Assembly (NCBI GenBank): GCA_964016885.1
Contig: OZ024750.1
Span: forward strand, 35,030,001 to 35,094,000
Source of the DNA: Eledone cirrhosa
Lineage: Eukaryota
Reading direction: 5' to 3'
DNA: 64,000 nucleotides
A model generated the notes under the pieces. The model did no database searches. It saw only the letters and a program-made list of their open reading frames with translations, and had not been told where the DNA came from. Position numbers and translations under genes: made by a program. Positions 39,255-52,439 of this stretch are shown here, piece by piece; within the stretch, counting starts at the first letter, position 1, and each line of letters opens with the position of its first letter.

Positions 39255-40610
39255 TGTGTGTTGAGGTGTTCTTTAATGTGAGTGTGAAACGCTCAAGTCG
39301 TGCTACCAATGTAGAACTCCTTACATTTGTTGCATTCAATCCGGTATACCACATGTGTCCGCTGGTATACCACATGTGTCCGCTGGCACATACCTGTATC
39401 GCAGCAAACATTGATTGTTGTTGTCTCTGGATTGCTTTTTAGACAGGTATCCATGCAGTGAAGGGCCAGAGTGTGCTAACTGTATGTCCAGTCCTTCTTT
39501 GCAGAAAGCTGTGGTTATGCTTTCACTGAAATGTGGTAATTTCATGAAACAGGTGTTAGAGAAGGTCTTATGCCTGCAGCGCCTTCGATTCTTAAGTCGA
39601 TTCATTGTGGATGTTGGGTATCCATTCATCTTCAGTACATCTATGTAGTGTGCAGTGTGGGCGATCTGGTCCCCTGTCTTGCTAAATTTATTCCGGATAC
39701 GCGTATGTTCATTTCTTATGTATCCGGTTTTAGCACCAAGGGGAAGGGCTGATCTATAATGCACAAACAGGTCTCTGCTGGCAGCTTTCTTATAGAAGTT
39801 GGTGTACATAGTACCTTCATCTGTTGTTACTTTAAGTTGGAAGCCCAGCACAGACAAGGAACCATTTTTATCAGGGTGTTGTGTGGTAAATTGTATGTTG
39901 TTATCTGTGTTTGAAAATGCCATAGATATTATGTTGGCCAAGGATGAATATATCATCTATGTTTTGGGTGAAAAAAACACAGGAGTGGCAGGTGTTGAGC
40001 GCTCGATGTTCCAGTTGGTTCATATAGGTGATGGTTAGAAGGCCTGAAAGACTGGACCCCATGGGTAGGCCTGTTGTTTTTTTGTATGTGTGGTGGTGGA
40101 AAGTGAAATATGTATTTTCTACGATGACGGATAGAAACGGATGTATGTCTTGTGGAGTGAGGTCAAAACAGTATATGTTGTACGAAATGATGCACTAGGG
40201 AACTAGGGTGACTGCTGGATGAGCGGGTAATGTCGTGTAGAGAGAGACAACGTCGAGGCTAAAGGCATATCTGTTGAGTTTATGTTAGTTAGGTAGTAGT
40301 TGTTATAGTCTTTGTATGACTTCATTGGAGCTGCTGTCATGTCCAGGAAAAGTAGCAAGCATGGGCTTGAGGATGTGGGAGAGGAACCAAGAGATTTTAT
40401 AGAGGGGTCCTTCTAATCTCGAGATAATTGGTCTAATCTGTAGATTAACACAGGTTTTGTGGGTTTTAATGAGGTGGTAGAACGTTGGTAGTCTGCTGTT
40501 TCTGGTGGTGGGGTTGTTTTTATATTTGTCAGGGAGTTGTCTACGTCGCAGATATCCGTCCAGGTGGTGTTGATGTGATCTTCAATCTGGGATGCAGCTG
40601 TGTCTGTCAC
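39255..40610 (-). mobile_element. Penelope-like element pseudogene (RT + GIY-YIG endonuclease)
   Basis: Minus: FSLDVVSLYT, GLPMGS, IQFTTQH, FYKKAASRDLFVHYRSA, then VVYRIECNKCKEFYIGSTT*..IKEH. Confidence 0.88.
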
Positions 40611-40754
40611 TTCTGTATATAGTTATATCATAGTATCCTCTATATCTATTATAATATGTTATGTTATAATATATATATAGTCATATAATGGTAATCATGG
40701 TGTGATGTATTCTATATCTTTTAGAATGTGTTATAATATAGTCTATACTTGTTA

Positions 40755-40960
40755 TAAGTCTGTCAGATGGACCTGTACTTGTAATTTAAAGAGCCAGCTT
40801 TATCACTTTCTGTGTCATGTTGAATCTCCCTGACAATTACGTTAAGGGTACATACACATGTCAATGAATGCTCAGCCACTTATATATTAAGTTCATGAGC
40901 AGGCTGTTTTGTTGATCAAAAGAACTAGAGTGCTCATCATCGAAACCAACTGAGGTCCAT
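40755..40960 (+). mobile_element. SINE 3' fragment, recurrent family
   Basis: CTGAATCTCCCT..AACTAC.TT.AGG.TACA..CAGCCACTT; also at 9590-9830, 28505-28650, 59670-59810. Confidence 0.6.
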
Positions 40961-41427
40961 TGGAAGAGAAAGAAAGTATAAATGTTCAAGTTAAATGAAT
41001 TGATCAATATTTTGTTTATCTCATGCAAAAATTAGAGATAATTGTTTAATTTTTCATGAGTAGAAATATTTGTCATTGAATAATTAATATTATTGACTTT
41101 ATGGAAGTGAGAAATTATTAAATCTACATTCATAGTTTTCCAAAAGTCGTTATCAACATGTTTTAATTCAAATGTATTATGGAAATATTCCATAATTAGC
41201 CTTTTCATTATAGTTCTAAACACATTTAGGTTCTAAATAGACAAGTAAGTTATATATATATATATGAGCTTCTCAGGTTGTTTCTGGACCAATGGCTATG
41301 AATACGTCACACCATGATTACCATCAAGTAAATGAAGGCCTCGCTGTAGTGGTTGATACATATGGATGTATGTAAACAAGACTATTAATGGAAAATTTAA
41401 CTTCTTTCATCGAGAAACCATATTTAT

Positions 41428-41558
41428 TCTCTTACATATGTTTCGAAAGATATATGTATTACATTCTTCAAAATGTTGGGCAACACTTCCCACAATCTAT
41501 GCCTATCAATAGGTGTAAATATATGGCTTTGAAGTCATATTCTTTCTCTTCAGAGAGA
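41428..41558 (-). ncRNA. Type I hammerhead ribozyme (Penelope/retrozyme-type, palindromic stem III)
   Basis: Minus: TCTCT-CTGAAGA-GAAAGAATATG..(about 80 nt)..CATATATCTTTC-GAAAC-ATAT-GTA-AGAGA; all core nucleotides and three stems present. Confidence 0.75.
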
Positions 41559-41724
41559 TGATAAAAATGTTTATAATGAATAGGCTTGTCGACGTATATA
41601 TGTATATATTTTTCTCTATAGCAGTAGATAGGTTGCAGCTTTCTTTTATCTCTCTCCCTCCTATCTTGATTCTAAAGGAAGACATTGCTGTGTGTTTCGA
41701 TCCATGCAGGCAGTACCATCACAT

Positions 41725-42225
41725 ATTTTTCTATCATTTTTAGGTTGTATATTCGAATGAAAGGACGGTTATATGATGCCTGTGTGAGATGCGCGATGCT
41801 GCATGGTAGTGAGACATGGGCAGCAACTGCGGTGGATATGCAAAGACTAGAGAGATATGATCCAAGCATGCTCCGATGGATGTGCAATGTCAATGTGCGT
41901 GAACGACCAAGCATGGACATGTTGAGAGTGAAACTGTGTATTAGAGTAATAAACAATAGTGTACAGGAAAGAAGACTGTGTTGGTATGGTCATGTGATGT
42001 GCATGAAGATGACCGCTGGGTGAAGAAGTGCCAAGAAATCCTGGTGGAAGGAAGACACAGTAGAGGAAGACCACGAAAAACATGGGCGGAAGTGGTGAGA
42101 GTTGACCTCAGATCACTGAAGCTCACAGAGGAGATGACAAAGGACCATGACAAGTGGAGAGATGCTGTGCTGAATAGGACCTGTCTCACCCTTGCAAGCA
42201 AGGAAAGGCAGACGTAAAATGATGA
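41725..42225 (+). mobile_element. RTE LINE 3' fragment
   Basis: KGRLYDACVRCAMLHGSETW, RLCWYGHVM, GRPRKTW. Confidence 0.9.
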
Positions 42226-42498
42226 TATATATATATTGTGAAGGTGCATGGCTCAGTAGTTAGAGAATTAGATTTGCAATTGTGAGGTTGTGCTTTTGAT
42301 TCCTGGACCAGATTTCCTTGAGCAAGACACTTTATTTCATGTTGCTCCTTCTGCCTAGATTTGTGACCAACAGATAGTATTAGCAATTGGAAAGACCAAT
42401 GGAAACATTGTTTCCGCAGTCTGATTTGACAAGCTCTACCCCACTCATTAAGTGAATGAGGTCTGAGATCTTGATGAATGATTGTCGATATATATACA

Positions 42499-42530
<32 letters not shown>

Positions 42531-42924
42531 CCAGGAAAACCTTTAAACAAGATGAGTGTTTTCTGGATTTTTAGGCCAAAAATCCTACCTTAATTTACAA
42601 TTTGAGAATTAACTATCCCAATGTAAATTTTCTCATCAAACGATTAGTTAAATACATGAAAAATGTATTGCAATTTTTATTGAATAAATTAAACAGTAGA
42701 ATACCAGATAATGTCACTGGTTAAGATTACATGGCATATTTTGGTATGTCTTAGCACCTTAAACCTGTCAAACCTGCAATATTAAACATTACAAAATATT
42801 TTATAAAAATGATGAGATAATAACTAAAATAGACTTTCAATGGAAGCTGCTAGAATATGTACCCTGGGGTTGAGGCTTTGAATATGATTTCATTTGGGAT
42901 TGAAGTTTCTTTTGTATAGAGATT

Positions 42925-43270
42925 CATCATCATCATCATCATTTCATTTTACGTCCGCTTTTTCCCTGCTTGCAAGGGTGGGACGGGAACTGATTCTGGC
43001 TTGATTTCTACAGCTGGATGCCCTTCCTAACACCAACCTCATTTACAGTGAGTGCTGGGTGCTTTTTTGCTGTGGCACCTCCACGACCACTTTACAGTGG
43101 AATGATATGGACCCCAGTCCCTATCATCTCATTTCTACAGCTGAGTAAACTGGAGCAATGTGAAATAAAGTGTCTTGCTCAAGGAAACAACACAACACCT
43201 GGTCTGAGATTTGAACTCACAACCTTTCGATTGCAAGGCCAATGCTCTAACTACTAAGCCATATGCCTCC
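42925..43270 (-). mobile_element. SINE family B
   Basis: Reverse complement of 28175-28502. Confidence 0.88.
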
Positions 43271-43519
43271 ATAGCCATGTGCCTCCATTCTGTGAGAGGA
43301 TATCCATTGAAAGAGTTTCTTTCTCATTTAGCATTAAAGCTGCTTATTTCACTACATTCAAATACTGATTATTACTGCCAGGAATATTCTTCATTTAAAA
43401 TTGCTCAATCATGAGTTTAAAGACTTTCAGAGAAATGATATCTGTAAAATATGGTTTGAAGCATCATAATGATAAATACTACTTCAGTTAGAAATTGCTG
43501 AAAAATATCTTGCAGCAAA

Positions 43520-43770
43520 TAAGAAAAACAGCTGCCTATAATTTATAAGAAAAATAGTTACCCATTGCCTATAAGAAAATAGGTAGCTATAATTTATAAG
43601 AAAAATAGCAGCCTATAATGTATAAGAAAAATAGTTAGCCATTGCCTATAAGAAAATAGCTGGCTATTATTTATAAGAAAAATAGCAGCCTATAATGTAT
43701 AAGAAAAATAACTGCATATAATTTATAAGAAAAACAACTGCCTATAATTTATAAAAATAGGTACCTATAA
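43520..43770. repeat. Degenerate repeat GCCTATAATTTATAAGAAAAATAG
   Basis: About 8 imperfect copies. Confidence 0.7.
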
Positions 43771-44305
43771 CCTGATTCCAGAAGTAAAAATTGACAAGTT
43801 CCATGTTTTGGAAGAGAGATTTAATTTAGATTTCTTTGATTTTAATTAAAGTAAATCAATTGATTTTGTTTTGTTGTTTAAATCTATTTTTGATATTTTA
43901 GCAGCAATGTAAGCCAACTAACCAATACTCAGCTGTTGTAACAAACTGTTTTTATTTTAGCCTGTAATTTTAGTGGCTTTTAACAAAACATTGGTACTTT
44001 TTAGCAAATCTTTGATTATAATTTAACATGTTTACCCTTGTAAAAATTAGCAGGGTTCATGATAACATTAGCACTTAAAATGCAAGTCATCTTAAATTGT
44101 GAGTGGTGACCACACATAAACACACTCTGACATATGCATAAGCACACACTAACACACCCACACACATACACAGGGTAAAATAAAAATAAGACACACGAAA
44201 AGATAAAACTCCATACCAGAAACATAGTTGTTCAAATGTTTACCTTTTACCTAGATACATACTTTTATTAAACTAAAATTGTGAAATCTGTGTTAAAAAA
44301 TATAT

Positions 44306-44755
44306 CTAGTGGTAAGAAACTCTCAGGAGATTTGGGCAGCAGAAGGTCTTCAGAGAAGAAACCCCTTCTCACTCAAGCAAATGTTTTGGCCCTTAACTTC
44401 TTACATTCTAAGAGGGCCAGGCCACATTACTCCTGGTGATGTGTTGTGTCCTTGAGCAAGACACTTTATTTCACGTTGCTCCAGTTTACTCAGCTGTAAA
44501 AATGAGTTGCAACGTCACTGGTGCGAAGCTGTATTGGACATTACCTTTCCCTTGGACAATATTGGGGGTGTGGAGAGGAGAGGCTGGTATCCATGGGTGA
44601 CTGCTGGTCTTCCACAAACAATATGCCTGGACTTGCGCCTCAGAGGAGAGCTTTCTAGGTGCAAATACAATGGTTATTCATGATCAAAGGAGGTCTTTAT
44701 CCTGGTACTCTTCTGCTGGTACCATTTGGATATTGGAGACTTGTGTATTTAAACT
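44306..44755 (-). mobile_element. Possible Helitron-like element with nested SINE (44438-44699, TCCTGGT target duplication)
   Basis: Same family as 55853-56050; minus end is a hairpin followed by TTACCACTAG; TCCTGGT at 44431 and 44700. Confidence 0.5.
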
Positions 44756-45649
44756 GTTTTAGCTACTCAAATGTTTAGCATTTACTTACAGATACACTTT
44801 TATAAAACTAAAATTGTGAAACCAGTGTTAAAAAATATATCTAGCTTAATTTCAGATTATTTTCATTTTATTTACAGAAATTCTTTTCTTTTCATCTACA
44901 TAACTATATCAAAAGATAGTTAAATAGATCTTCTTTAAACAAATGGGGAAAAAATTCAATGTGATTTTTCTCTTTGTATTCTAATAAGATTTTAACAGAT
45001 TTCTTGTGTTTCAGTCAATCTTAAGAATCTAAAATTCATGATTTTACTTTTATTTGCCAAGTTGTAATTTTCAAGCTGTAATTAGAATACAATTCATTCA
45101 AAAGAAAGAAATTATCGCTATAAAACTAATATTCTATCTTTTTTTTTATACGTTTTATTATATATATTTTCTTTCTTCTTCTTTGCAAATTTTTACTATT
45201 TCCTGAATTTCTTTCTGTTAATAGCCTTTCTTGTTAATGTTACCATTTGTTGATGGAAAATTGATGAGAAAAAATACAACAAACAAACAAGCAAAAACAA
45301 CAAAAACAACTGCTAGTAGTATTATTGAGAAAAAAATATAATAGAAACATAAAACTTTCTATTTTTTGCTTCATTTAGCAGATTAGGATGCTACCATCTG
45401 TTAAATATTTTTCAAATCATACATTAAAAAAATAAATAAGAATAAATATAATTTCTCATGTGTGTTTCTTTCTATTAATCCCCCCCCCCCCTCACAAAAA
45501 AAAATCAACATTTCTGAACCCTTAGAAATTCATTAATTTCTTTGTTTCATTACATAAATGATACTTTAGGGGGAAAATTCTCTCCTATTTCACATTCTTT
45601 GTTTAAAATCAATGGAAATGATTTCTGCTGATTTATATACATTATTTCC

Positions 45650-45831
45650 GTGGCAGTATTGGTAGAGGGTTGGACGCCATGCTTTCTAGCATAGTTACGT
45701 CCCTTTACAGTCTGAGTTCAAATTCCGCCGAGGTTAACTTTGCCTTTCATCCTTACGGGGGTCGATAAAATAAAGTACCAGTAATGTACTGGGTAATTGC
45801 TGGCCTTGTGCCTAAAGTAGAAACAATTATT
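45650..45831 (+). mobile_element. SINE family A
   Basis: Family motifs. Confidence 0.85.
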
Positions 45832-45858
45832 TATATATACTGGTGGATTGGCAGTATC

Positions 45859-47382
45859 GGTAGAGGTGAAATAATTGAAACAGAGTCAAGTCTGTTAAAG
45901 GTACTCAGGTAGAGGTGAAATAATTGAAACAGAGTCAAGTCTGTTAAAGGTACTCAGGTAGAGGTGAAATAATTGAAACAGAGTCAAGTCTGTTAAAGGT
46001 ACCCAGGTAGAGGTGAAATAATTGAAACAGAGTCAAGTCTGCTAAAGGTACCCAGGTAGAGGTGAAATAATTGAAACAGAGTCAAGTCTGCTAAAGGTAC
46101 CCAGGTAGAGGTGAAATAATTGAAACAGAGTCAAGTCTGCTAAAGGTACCCAGGTAGAGGTGAAATAATTGAAACAGAGTCAAGTCTGTTAAAGGTACTC
46201 AGGTAGAGGTGAAATAATTGAAACAGAGTCAAGTCTGTTAAAGGTACCCAGGTAGAGGTGAAATAATTGAAACAGAGTCAAGTCTGCTAAAGGTACCCAG
46301 GTAGAGGTGAAATAATTGAAACAGAGTCAAGTCTGCTAAAGGTACCCAGGTAGAGGTGAAATAATTGAAACAGAGTCAAGTCTGCTAAAGGTACCCAGGT
46401 AGAGGTGAAATAATTGAAACAGAGTCAAGTCTGCTAAAGGTACCCAGGTAGAGGTGAAATAATTGAAACAGAGTCAAGTCTGCTAAAGGTACCCAGGTAG
46501 AGGTGAAATAATTGAAACAGAGTCAAGTCTGTTAAAGGTACCCAGGTAGAGGTGAAATAATTGAAAGAGAGTCAACTCTGTTAAAGGTACCCAGGTAGAG
46601 GTGAAATAATTGAAAGAGAGTCAACTCTGTTAAAGGTACCCAGGTAGAGGTGAAATAATTGAAAGAGAGTCAACTCTGTTAAAGGTACCCAGGTAGAGGT
46701 GAAATAATTGAAAGAGAGTCAACTCTGTTAAAGGTACCCAGGTAGAGGTGAAATAATTGAAACAGAGTCAACTCTGTTAAAGGTACCCAGGTAGAGGTGA
46801 AATAATTGAAAGAGAGTCAACTCTGTTAAAGGTACCCAGGTAGAGGTGAAATAATTGAAAGAGAGTCAACTCTGTTAAAGGTACCCAGGTAGAGGTGAAA
46901 TAATTGAAAGAGAGTCAACTCTGTTAAAGGTACCCAGGTAGAGGTGAAATAATTGAAAGAGAGTCAACTCTGTTAAAGGTACCCAGGTAGAGGTGAAATA
47001 ATTGAAAGAGAGTCAACTCTGTTAAAGGTACCCAGGTAGAGGTGAAATAATTGAAACAGAGTCAACTCTGTTAAAGGTACCCAGGTAGAGGTGAAATAAT
47101 TGAAACAGAGTCAAGTCTGCTAAAGGTACCCAGGTAGAGGTGAAATAATTGAAAGAGAGTCAAGTCTGTTAAAGGTACCCAGGTAGAGGTGAAATAATTG
47201 AAACAGAGTCAACTCTGTTAAAGGTACCCAGGTAGAGGTGAAATAATTGAAAGAGAGTCAACTCTGTTAAAGGTACCCAGGTAGAGGTGAAATAATTGAA
47301 ACAGAGTCAAGTCTGCTAAAGGTACCCAGGTAGAGGTGAAATAATTGAAAGAGAGTCAACTCTGTTAAAGGTACCCAGGTAG
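45859..47382. repeat. 49-bp satellite, about 31 copies
   Basis: GGTAGAGGTGAAATAATTGAAA(C/G)AGAGTCAA(G/C)TCTG(T/C)TAAAGGTACCCA. Confidence 0.97.
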
Positions 47383-47511
47383 ATGTATTAAAGTGAAAGA
47401 CAGACTATATCTGCCATCTACCACCTATTTGACAACTTTCCATACCTGATCTGTTTAACCAATATCACAATTTCCCTCTCATAACCTGGAGTAACTTGAG
47501 ACTATCACCTG

Positions 47512-48647
47512 TGATGGTGGTGGTGGTGGTGGTGGTGGTTGTTGTGGTGTTGATAGTGGTTGTTGTTGTGGTGGTGGTGGTGATAGTGGTTGTGGTTGTG
47601 GTTGTTGTTGTGGTGTGGTGTTGATAGTGGTTGTTGTTGTGGTGGTGGTGATAGTGGTTGTGGTTATGGTTGTTGTTGTGGTGTGGTGTTGATAGTGGTT
47701 GTTGTTGTGGTGGTGGTTGTGGTGATGGTGATAGTGGTTGTGGTTGTGGTTGTTGTTATTGTTGTGGTGGTGGTGGTGGTGGTGGTAGTAGTAGTGGTAG
47801 TGATAGTAGTAGTGGTAGTGATAGTGGTGTTGGTAGTGGTGTTGATGGTGGTGGTAGTAGTGATGGTGGTGTTGGTAGTGGTGTTGGTGGTGGTAGTAGT
47901 AGTGGTAGTGATAGTGGTGTTGGTAGTGGTGTTGATGGTGGTAGTGGTGTTGTTGGTGGTGGTGGTAGTGATGGTGGTGTTGGTAGTGGTGTTGTTGTTC
48001 GTAGTGGTAGTGATGGTGGTGTTGGTAGTGGTGTTGGTGGTGGTAGTAGTAGTGGTAGTGATGGTGGTGTTGGTGGTGGTAGTAGTAGTGGTAGTGATGG
48101 TGGTGTTAGTAGTGGTGTTGTTGTTGGTGGTGGTAGTAGTGTTGTTGTTGTTGGTGGTGGTGGTAGTAGTGGTAGTTGTAGTGGTAGTGGTAGTAGTAGT
48201 CTTGTTGTTGGTAGTGGTAGAGTTGTTGGTGGTAGTAGTGGTAGTGGTAGAGTTGGTGATAGTAGTGGTAGTGTTGTTGTTGGTAGTAGTGGTAGTATTG
48301 TTGTTGGTAATGGTAGTACTAGTGTTGTTGGTGGTGGTAGTAGTGGTGGTGTTGGTGTTGGTGGTAGTAGTGGTGGTGGTAGTGTTGTTGGTAGTAGTAG
48401 TGGTAGTGTAGTGATAGTGTTGTTGGTGGTAGTGTTGTTGTTGGTGGTAGTGTTGTTGTTTGTGGTAGTGGTAGTGTTGTTGTTCATTGTTAGTAGTAGT
48501 GGTAGTGTTGTTGGTGGTGGTAGTAGTGGTAGCCTTATTGTTGGTGGTAGTAGTTGTGGTAGTGGTAGTGTTATTGTTGGTAGTAGATGTGGTAGTGGTA
48601 GTGTTGGTGCTAGTAGTAGTGGTAGTGGTAGTGTTGTTGTTGGTGTT
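47512..48647. repeat. (GGT/GTT/GTA)n cryptic trinucleotide tract
   Basis: Seen directly; explains the Gly/Val/Pro-rich ORFs. Confidence 0.93.
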
Positions 48648-49223
48648 AAAGAGAGCACCATGTTAAACATAGCAGACAAAACCTTTTCTGTGTTAGACAG
48701 TTACTAAGAATCTATAAATATGAATACAAGAAAAAACAAAATAACAAAAAAAAGAAAAAAAAAGGGAAAAGGAAACCCCTAGAGATGAGATAATTCCTTT
48801 TACTGCCTTCTTTATTTTTCTTTCTGATTCCCTTTCTTTAACTCCTTCTTCCTATTCATGTGTTTTCCTGTCATTGCTTAAGGGCTTATCATAAAGTCCT
48901 TAAAACAGTGATTCTGTTCTGCTCTAGGGCAAAACATATAATTCTACTTGTCTCAGCTTGTCTGCCTGATGATATATTTGCCTTCTGCTTCACAGTTGAA
49001 TGATTAAAAGGAGAAGGAGAACACAACATTCAACCATAAAAGTAATTACCCCTAACATTTTAGCAAAGATCCAATTGTATAAAGTATATCCCATTCATGC
49101 TAACGTGAAAAAATGGACAATAATAATTTCAATAAAATCAAATTAAACTCCACTAAAACCACACGAATCTGTATTGCCTATTGATCTAAAGCCACAAGTC
49201 TGTATTGAGTATTGATCTTTATC

Positions 49224-49224
<1 letters not shown>

Positions 49225-49268
<44 letters not shown>

Positions 49269-49780
49269 GTTTAATGTCTATCTTCCACGCTAGCATGGAT
49301 TTAGATGGGAATTGTCCCACGTGAGGCAAGATTGGTTGTCTTGCTCGTATGGGACTGTCTGGCAGGTTTTCTACGGCTGGATGCCCTTCCTAACACCAAC
49401 CACGTTTACAGTGTGGACTAGGAGGTTTTTACCGTGTTACCTACACGGCCACATTACAGCGTGGACTGTGTTTTTTTTGTCGTGACACCTACACGACCTC
49501 ATTTATTTAGGACTGGATGTTGTGGTACCAACATATCTTTACAGAGAAAGGGGGGGGGGTAGATTGGGGGGTAGATGGGGGGGTAGATGGGGGGGGGGTA
49601 GAGGTAGTGGGATGGGGATGTATTTTTGGTTAGGAGGTGCCTACTGACTGTGGGTTTCGCATTGTACTTAGGCAAGGCGGGTACAATGCGAAACCCACAG
49701 TCAGTAGGCACCTCTTAATCAAAAATACACCCCCATCCCACTACCCCTACCCCCACCCCTTTCTCTGTAAAGTTATGTTA
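49225..49780 (-). mobile_element. RTE 3'UTR with a fold-back inverted copy at its 5' truncation point
   Basis: 49528-49667 is inverted at 49681-49780, with a 13-nt loop. Confidence 0.85.
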
Positions 49781-49959
49781 GCAAATATAAAACATTCTAA
49801 CAAGTATATTTTTGTTGACTTTGCCTTTCATCCTTCCGAGGTCGATAAAATAAAGTACCAGTAATGCACTGGGTAATTGCTGGCCTTGTGCCTAAAGTAG
49901 AAACAATTATTTAATAAATCTACCATTCACCAGGAGCTAAGGCGGAACCATTGGTGGTA

Positions 49960-51108
49960 TGTCCTATATATATCTATAATATTGTGTCCTATATATCTAT
50001 ATTATGTCCTATATATCTATATTATGTCCTATACATCTATAATATTGTGTCCTATATATCTATAATATTGTGTCCTATATATCTATATTATGTCCTATAT
50101 ATCTATATTATGTCCTATACATCTATAATATTGTGTCCTATATATCTATAATATTGTGTCCTATATATCTATATTATGTCCTATATATCTATATTATGTC
50201 CTATACATCTATAACATTGTGTCCTATACATCTATAATATTGTGTCCTATATATCTATATTGTGTCCTATATATCTATAATATTGTGTCCTATATATCTA
50301 TAATATTGTGTCCTATACTTCTATAATATTGTGTCCTATATATATCTATAATATTGTGTCCTATATATCTATATTGTGTCCTATATATCTATAATATTGT
50401 GTCCTATATATCTATAATATTGTGTCCTATACTTCTATAATATTGTGTCCTATATATATCTATAATATTGTGTCCTATATATCTATATTATGCCCTATAC
50501 ATCTATAACATTGTGTCCTATACATCTATAATATTGTGTCCTATATATCTATAATATTGTGTCCTATACTTCTATAATATTGTGTCCTATATATATCTAT
50601 AATATTGTGTCCTATATATCTATATTATGTCCTATACATCTATAACATTGTGTCCTATACATCTATAATATTGTGTCCTATATATCTATATTGTGTCCTA
50701 TATATCTATAATATTGTGTCCTATATATCTATAATATTGTGTCCTATACTTCTATAATATTGTGTCCTATATATATCTATAATATTGTGTCCTATATATC
50801 TATATTGTGTCCTATATATCTATAATATTGTGTCCTATATATCTATAATATTGTGTCCTATACTTCTATAATATTGTGTCCTATATATATCTATAATATT
50901 GTGTCCTATATATCTATATTGTGTCCTATATATCTATAATATTGTGTCCTATATATCTATAATATTGTGTCCTATACTTCTATAATATTGTGTCCTATAT
51001 ATATATCTATAATATTGTGTCCTATATATCTATATTATGCCCTATACATCTAAATTATGCCCTATATATCTATAATATCGTGTCCTATATATCTATAATA
51101 TTGTGTCC
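49960..51108. repeat. 20-25-bp AT-rich minisatellite (ATAATATTGTGTCCTATATATCT)
   Basis: Seen directly. Confidence 0.95.
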
Positions 51109-52439
51109 AATGATTGCATCACATTAAGAATTAAAATTTTAATTTGGTTTACTGCAAATTTTCCACAACAATCTGTCCATTAGTTGAGATACAATAAACA
51201 TTTGAATTAACAAATCTATTTTTAGATATTTTCTGCAAAACTATTACAGGATATAAGTATGTATACGTACATACATATATGTATACAGACATACAGTAGT
51301 ATGTATATACATACATACATGCACACATATATATATATGTACGTATGGGTTTACTGAACATTTATTATAATGTTCGGTTTGTTTGTAAACAAACATCCCG
51401 AATTAAGCCGTACAGTGTTTAGCAACCATCGTTGCCCTTTTGTTCAATACTGACAAAGGAACAATGAACTAGTTTCTAGCTTATTACAGGATGTTAAGAG
51501 TTAATTAAAACCTTATTTAAGATCTATATAGAGTAAAAGTTTCATTTAAGAATATAAAGATCAAGCATAGGTAACCTTTTTCAAGCAGTGGACCACATAA
51601 GATGTGGTTCATTGTATGGGGAGCTGCACTATTAAAAACTTCAAGGCAGTTTTGAAATTAGGTATACCATTCAGAAAGCTGAATGGGCCACATGCAACCC
51701 ATGGGCCACAGTTTGTCCTTGACTGATATAGATTGAGATGGCAAATTGGCAGAGTTGTTAGAACGTCAAATTGTTTTGTGGTATTCATTGTGACTCTCAG
51801 CTTTCTGAGTTCAAATCCTGCTGAGGTCAACTTTAACTTTCATCCATTCGAGGCTGATAAATAAAGTAGTACCAGTACTATACTGGGGTTGATTCTTTCT
51901 CTATATCTCTTTCTCACTTCCATTCTCTCACTCTCTCTCTCTCTATCCTTCTCTGGAAGAAATTTGCTGTATTCAGACCTTGAGAGGAGAGGAGTACTGC
52001 CAGGTTTTAAAAAATAACCTTAGAAATGCTGTATGTCAATACAGCGCCCCTACCACTCCCTTAGAAGTTATGTGACCATACATGATATACATGATATACA
52101 TTGATAAACAAACCTATCACCATAAATTGATAAGTGTCAAGTACGAACACAAGAAGAAAAATGAAAAACAAACAAAAAGATCTGATAAACATTAATTTAT
52201 CAAGATGAATATATTTATTAATGATTAGTTTTCTAAAAAAAACTCTAAAGTAATGTCAATTATTTAAATTAGTTTTGCTAAATTCTTTCTCTTCAGAATA
52301 TATCAACTGAAGCAATAGACTGGCGTTATAGGGTTTCTTCTGTTGATTCAGTGTCTTGTCTTCTATCTTTCACCACTACTCTCACCATTAGATTCATTTG
52401 CCATATAATTTATATTTGCATTTCTCCATTCCACTCATC

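Noticed and set aside
47590-48707. Gly/Ser-, Val- and Pro/Thr-rich ORFs of 270-350 aa resembling structural proteins
   Set aside because: Stop-poor GGT/GTT/GTA tract open in several frames on both strands; no convincing start or splice context.
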